Shown in pieces: positions 61,222 to 64,000 of a stretch of DNA of 64,000 bases. Below the pieces are notes generated by a model. The model worked only from the letters and a program-made list of their open reading frames with translations, made no database searches and had not been told where the DNA came from. A program made the translations under genes and the position numbers. Each line of letters begins with the position of its first letter. Position 1 is the stretch's first letter. This DNA comes from Barthelona sp. PCE (lineage: Eukaryota). The DNA is taken from the NCBI GenBank assembly GCA_040285745.1, contig JAUFOR010000006.1:248001-312000 (forward strand), read 5' to 3'.

Positions 61222-64000
61222 TCATAAAAGAAACATTTTTCTTTCTTCTGGTATTTCATCACTGCCATGAATTTTTGATAATTTTACGTAGTAAATATAT
61301 ATAATACTAGTTAAACCCCCTATTGGTATTAGAATATTCATTCCTATTGATAAGGTAGCCATTACAATAATTATCGAAAGTATTAAGAACATACTTAATT
61401 TGTTTAACAAATCCAAAACAAATGGTTCAAAAACATAAATGAAAAGAGCATCCAAAACTAGACATAAAATCAAATATCTTGGACGATAGAGTGAGAATGC
61501 AGTAAAAAACATTACCAAATAAAAAGAAAACCAGTACTTGTCTTTAAGACCCATCCTTAAACCAATTCCCTTGTGAAATACAATTAGCATGACCAAAACA
61601 CATGATAATAGAACTCCTATGTACACTATTCTCAACAATAAAGATATTTGCTCTGCCAGATCAAAAGGTGATGCGTTATGCAGTGCTTTAATTGGTTCTC
61701 TTGTTAGATAATCAACATACGTAACAGGAAACAGCATAAACAGATCCTTAACAATAAAGGGTAAGAAGAGCGCTATTAAATCTGCACTGAACATCATATA
61801 GCTAGATTTCTTCCCGTTTGAACCTGTTCTTTTACGGTTAATAAAGCCTAATAGGACTGGAAGCATGCATACTATGGTTACAAATACATTATTTATCATG
61901 ACGCTCAAAGTATTACTGTTAATAAATTTTGAAAAAATGCCAAAGATCAAAAATGGATAACTAGCAGCGTTAACAAAGCGTGATATGTACGATTCGGTCG
62001 CTCCAAACAACAGATCTCGTTTAAATGACAATAAAGAAGGTAGAATAAGCATAACGAAATCTTTAACTAGTTTAATAGCTTCAAAAACATCATAATCCAA
62101 TAATTCCTCTGATACGAGACCTAATCGTGTCCACGGAAACTTTCCACCTTGTCTATATAAAATAAACATTCCACATATTACAAGAAATTGAGTGAAAAAT
62201 GCCAATATTAAACTTTTGAATGGTAAAACACAAGTACAACCTCCGGTAAATGAATTGAAAACAACAGAAAATCCATTAATCTCATCCACACACTTCAAAC
62301 ATCCAGTGTCAAAGTGCATAGGTGCGCATCCATTGTGGTCGTCTATATTCATCCCTTTGTAATGCATAATCGTTCGTAAATTCTCACTGGCATGTGATCC
62401 GCGTAGCCCAGACAACCCAGGGAGCACCGAATCAGGATCAGTGAAATCTGAAGCTGAAAAAAGTGTAACCTGATTAGATTTCTTATCCTCTATTAAAAAT
62501 GTTCGTGGAGGCAAATTTCTGTTACCAGCAGTGATTCTCATCTTCCAAAAGAAAGGCATGTCTGTTTGAGGATCCTTTATGCATGGAGGAACAACACCGC
62601 CTTCATATAACTTGAATTGATGATATCCTATAGGACACGTCGTGCAAACATCATTAATTAAAGTTTCGCCAAATACACAACACATTCCCTTAACTAGATT
62701 GTTCGAACTCATCAAGGAGCTGAACGCGTCAACCACGTACACATTAACAATAGCTCCACAAGACAATTTAGGTATATCAAACTCAAAAAAAACACGCTTT
62801 TTATCAATTGCAATACCATCGTTGTTGAAAATAAACACTTTTCCATGAATAAACAACTGAATTTCACGATATATTACATCAATTCCCTCGGCTTCTATAC
62901 GTATTACATCATATTCTGTTCCATCCACTATTTTGGTGCGTAATGGATTAAGTCCTACATTGAAATTCTTTAATGTAGGAACTTCCACAATCCTGAATTG
63001 ATCTGGACACTGCTCACCAAAACAATAAACATTGTGCACATCATAATGCTCTTGTGTGACCATCAAATTCTCAACCAAAATATCTGCGTTAAAAAATGAC
63101 TTCATATTCCATTTTAAAAGATGACATTCAAAACGAGCGGCTACATAACCATGGCCATTGACAACAACTTCACCCTGTATGGTACTTAGCAGTTTATCAA
63201 AGACAACTCCAGAGAAAACATTCAAAGTAATATCACCAGATATAAATCCCATTGAGAGTTCACGCATCCAATACATAAAGACCATTTCAGGGTCCACGTC
63301 CACGTCACACATTTCATCTTGATATATTGTTACATTCACTTTGTTTAAAACAGAGAAATAAAACCGATTCGTAAAGATACGTGAACATGACAATTTCAGT
63401 TCTCCTGAATACACTGTAGAGATTACTTTTGATAAAAATATCTCCGAAGCATTAATTATTGAACGTCTTATTGTTATTTTAGGCATTTTGTTTTCTAAAA
63501 TGAAAATAAAATCACTAAAAGAATTATTTATCTGAGCAGCAGTTAATAATAATCGATCTCTTTCGTCCACATAATTTGGTTTGAAGTGAATGAGTGAGTT
63601 GAATGAATTATCAATAAAAGTTATATGACTTAAATCCACAAAAATAGGGGAATGTCGATCTCTAATAAAGGTAAATAAAACTGCTACTCCCTCAGCAAAA
63701 CATTCTTCAAATACCAAAGCTTCTAAAATACGACGATGAGAGCCAGGAAAAAATATTTCTATCGGTGAAGTGAAGGTGCAATTAAAAAAAGAGACATCTG
63801 CAAATTCACTATCTACTCTAGTGTTCTGTAAAACAGATTCCCTGAAAACTGTACTCTCAAGCATGTGAAATCTGCAATCTGTAAAGCTACTGCCAATGAA
63901 TTGTGAATTAAAAACTCGCATTTTTCGTTGATTAAGATTATGTGTATATTCGATTATGCTGTTATCAATGTAAAACATTGAAGTGGCACCAAAGGCAAAA
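61222..64000 (-). CDS. Large surface/membrane protein with beta-helix-like N-terminus, Cys-rich repeats and multi-pass C-terminus (probably 5'-partial)
   Basis: The frame stays open to the window end. 'CTTCPIGYH', 'GCAPMHFDTGCLKC...GGCTC', then about 8-9 TM helices. Confidence 0.75.
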   Translation of the reverse strand, partial: FAFGATSMFYIDNSIIEYTHNLNQRKMRVFNSQFIGSSFTDCRFHMLESTVFRESVLQNTRVDSEFADVSFFNCTFTSPIEIFFPGSHRRILEALVFEECFAEGVAVLFTFIRDRHSPIFVDLSHITFIDNSFNSLIHFKPNYVDERDRLLLTAAQINNSFSDFIFILENKMPKITIRRSIINASEIFLSKVISTVYSGELKLSCSRIFTNRFYFSVLNKVNVTIYQDEMCDVDVDPEMVFMYWMRELSMGFISGDITLNVFSGVVFDKLLSTIQGEVVVNGHGYVAARFECHLLKWNMKSFFNADILVENLMVTQEHYDVHNVYCFGEQCPDQFRIVEVPTLKNFNVGLNPLRTKIVDGTEYDVIRIEAEGIDVIYREIQLFIHGKVFIFNNDGIAIDKKRVFFEFDIPKLSCGAIVNVYVVDAFSSLMSSNNLVKGMCCVFGETLINDVCTTCPIGYHQFKLYEGGVVPPCIKDPQTDMPFFWKMRITAGNRNLPPRTFLIEDKKSNQVTLFSASDFTDPDSVLPGLSGLRGSHASENLRTIMHYKGMNIDDHNGCAPMHFDTGCLKCVDEINGFSVVFNSFTGGCTCVLPFKSLILAFFTQFLVICGMFILYRQGGKFPWTRLGLVSEELLDYDVFEAIKLVKDFVMLILPSLLSFKRDLLFGATESYISRFVNAASYPFLIFGIFSKFINSNTLSVMINNVFVTIVCMLPVLLGFINRKRTGSNGKKSSYMMFSADLIALFLPFIVKDLFMLFPVTYVDYLTREPIKALHNASPFDLAEQISLLLRIVYIGVLLSCVLVMLIVFHKGIGLRMGLKDKYWFSFYLVMFFTAFSLYRPRYLILCLVLDALFIYVFEPFVLDLLNKLSMFLILSIIIVMATLSIGMNILIPIGGLTSIIYIYYVKLSKIHGSDEIPEERKMFLL

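Noticed and set aside
1-64000. Alternative genetic code (TAA/TAG=Gln as in hexamitid diplomonads), CRISPR arrays, tRNAs, transposons
   Set aside because: Conserved proteins end at TAA, TAG or TGA at the expected C-termini with no in-frame stops. No repeat-spacer array, cloverleaf or transposase/RT motif was seen.

Overview
Very gene-dense, AT-rich eukaryotic nuclear DNA with about 45 protein-coding genes and intergenic gaps often under 100 bp. TAA, TAG and TGA all act as stops. Gene content (arginine deiminase, an AdhE-type ADH homologue, flagellar CFAP58/CFAP299, very divergent MPP-alpha- and Pam16-like genes) and the intron signature (GTATG[T/A]...CT[A/G/C]A[C/T]-NNN[T/C]AG) point to an anaerobic flagellate with a reduced mitochondrion-related organelle, probably a metamonad. 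That assignment is inference only. No prokaryotic operons, CRISPR, tRNA or recognisable transposon were seen. Main results beyond the ORF track: (i) five reading-frame-supported spliceosomal introns plus two candidates, all at gene 5' ends, with a near-fixed branch-point-to-3'SS distance, the longer ones folding into hairpins; (ii) two divergent paralogous membrane-protein genes whose start codon is assembled only by splicing (AT|G); (iii) an unexplained ~250-nt intergenic structured RNA candidate at 42.19-42.45 kb; (iv) a DNA ligase IV-like gene, a probable pseudo-ADH and bacterial-type LGT candidates. All protein calls come from motif recognition by eye, without database searches.
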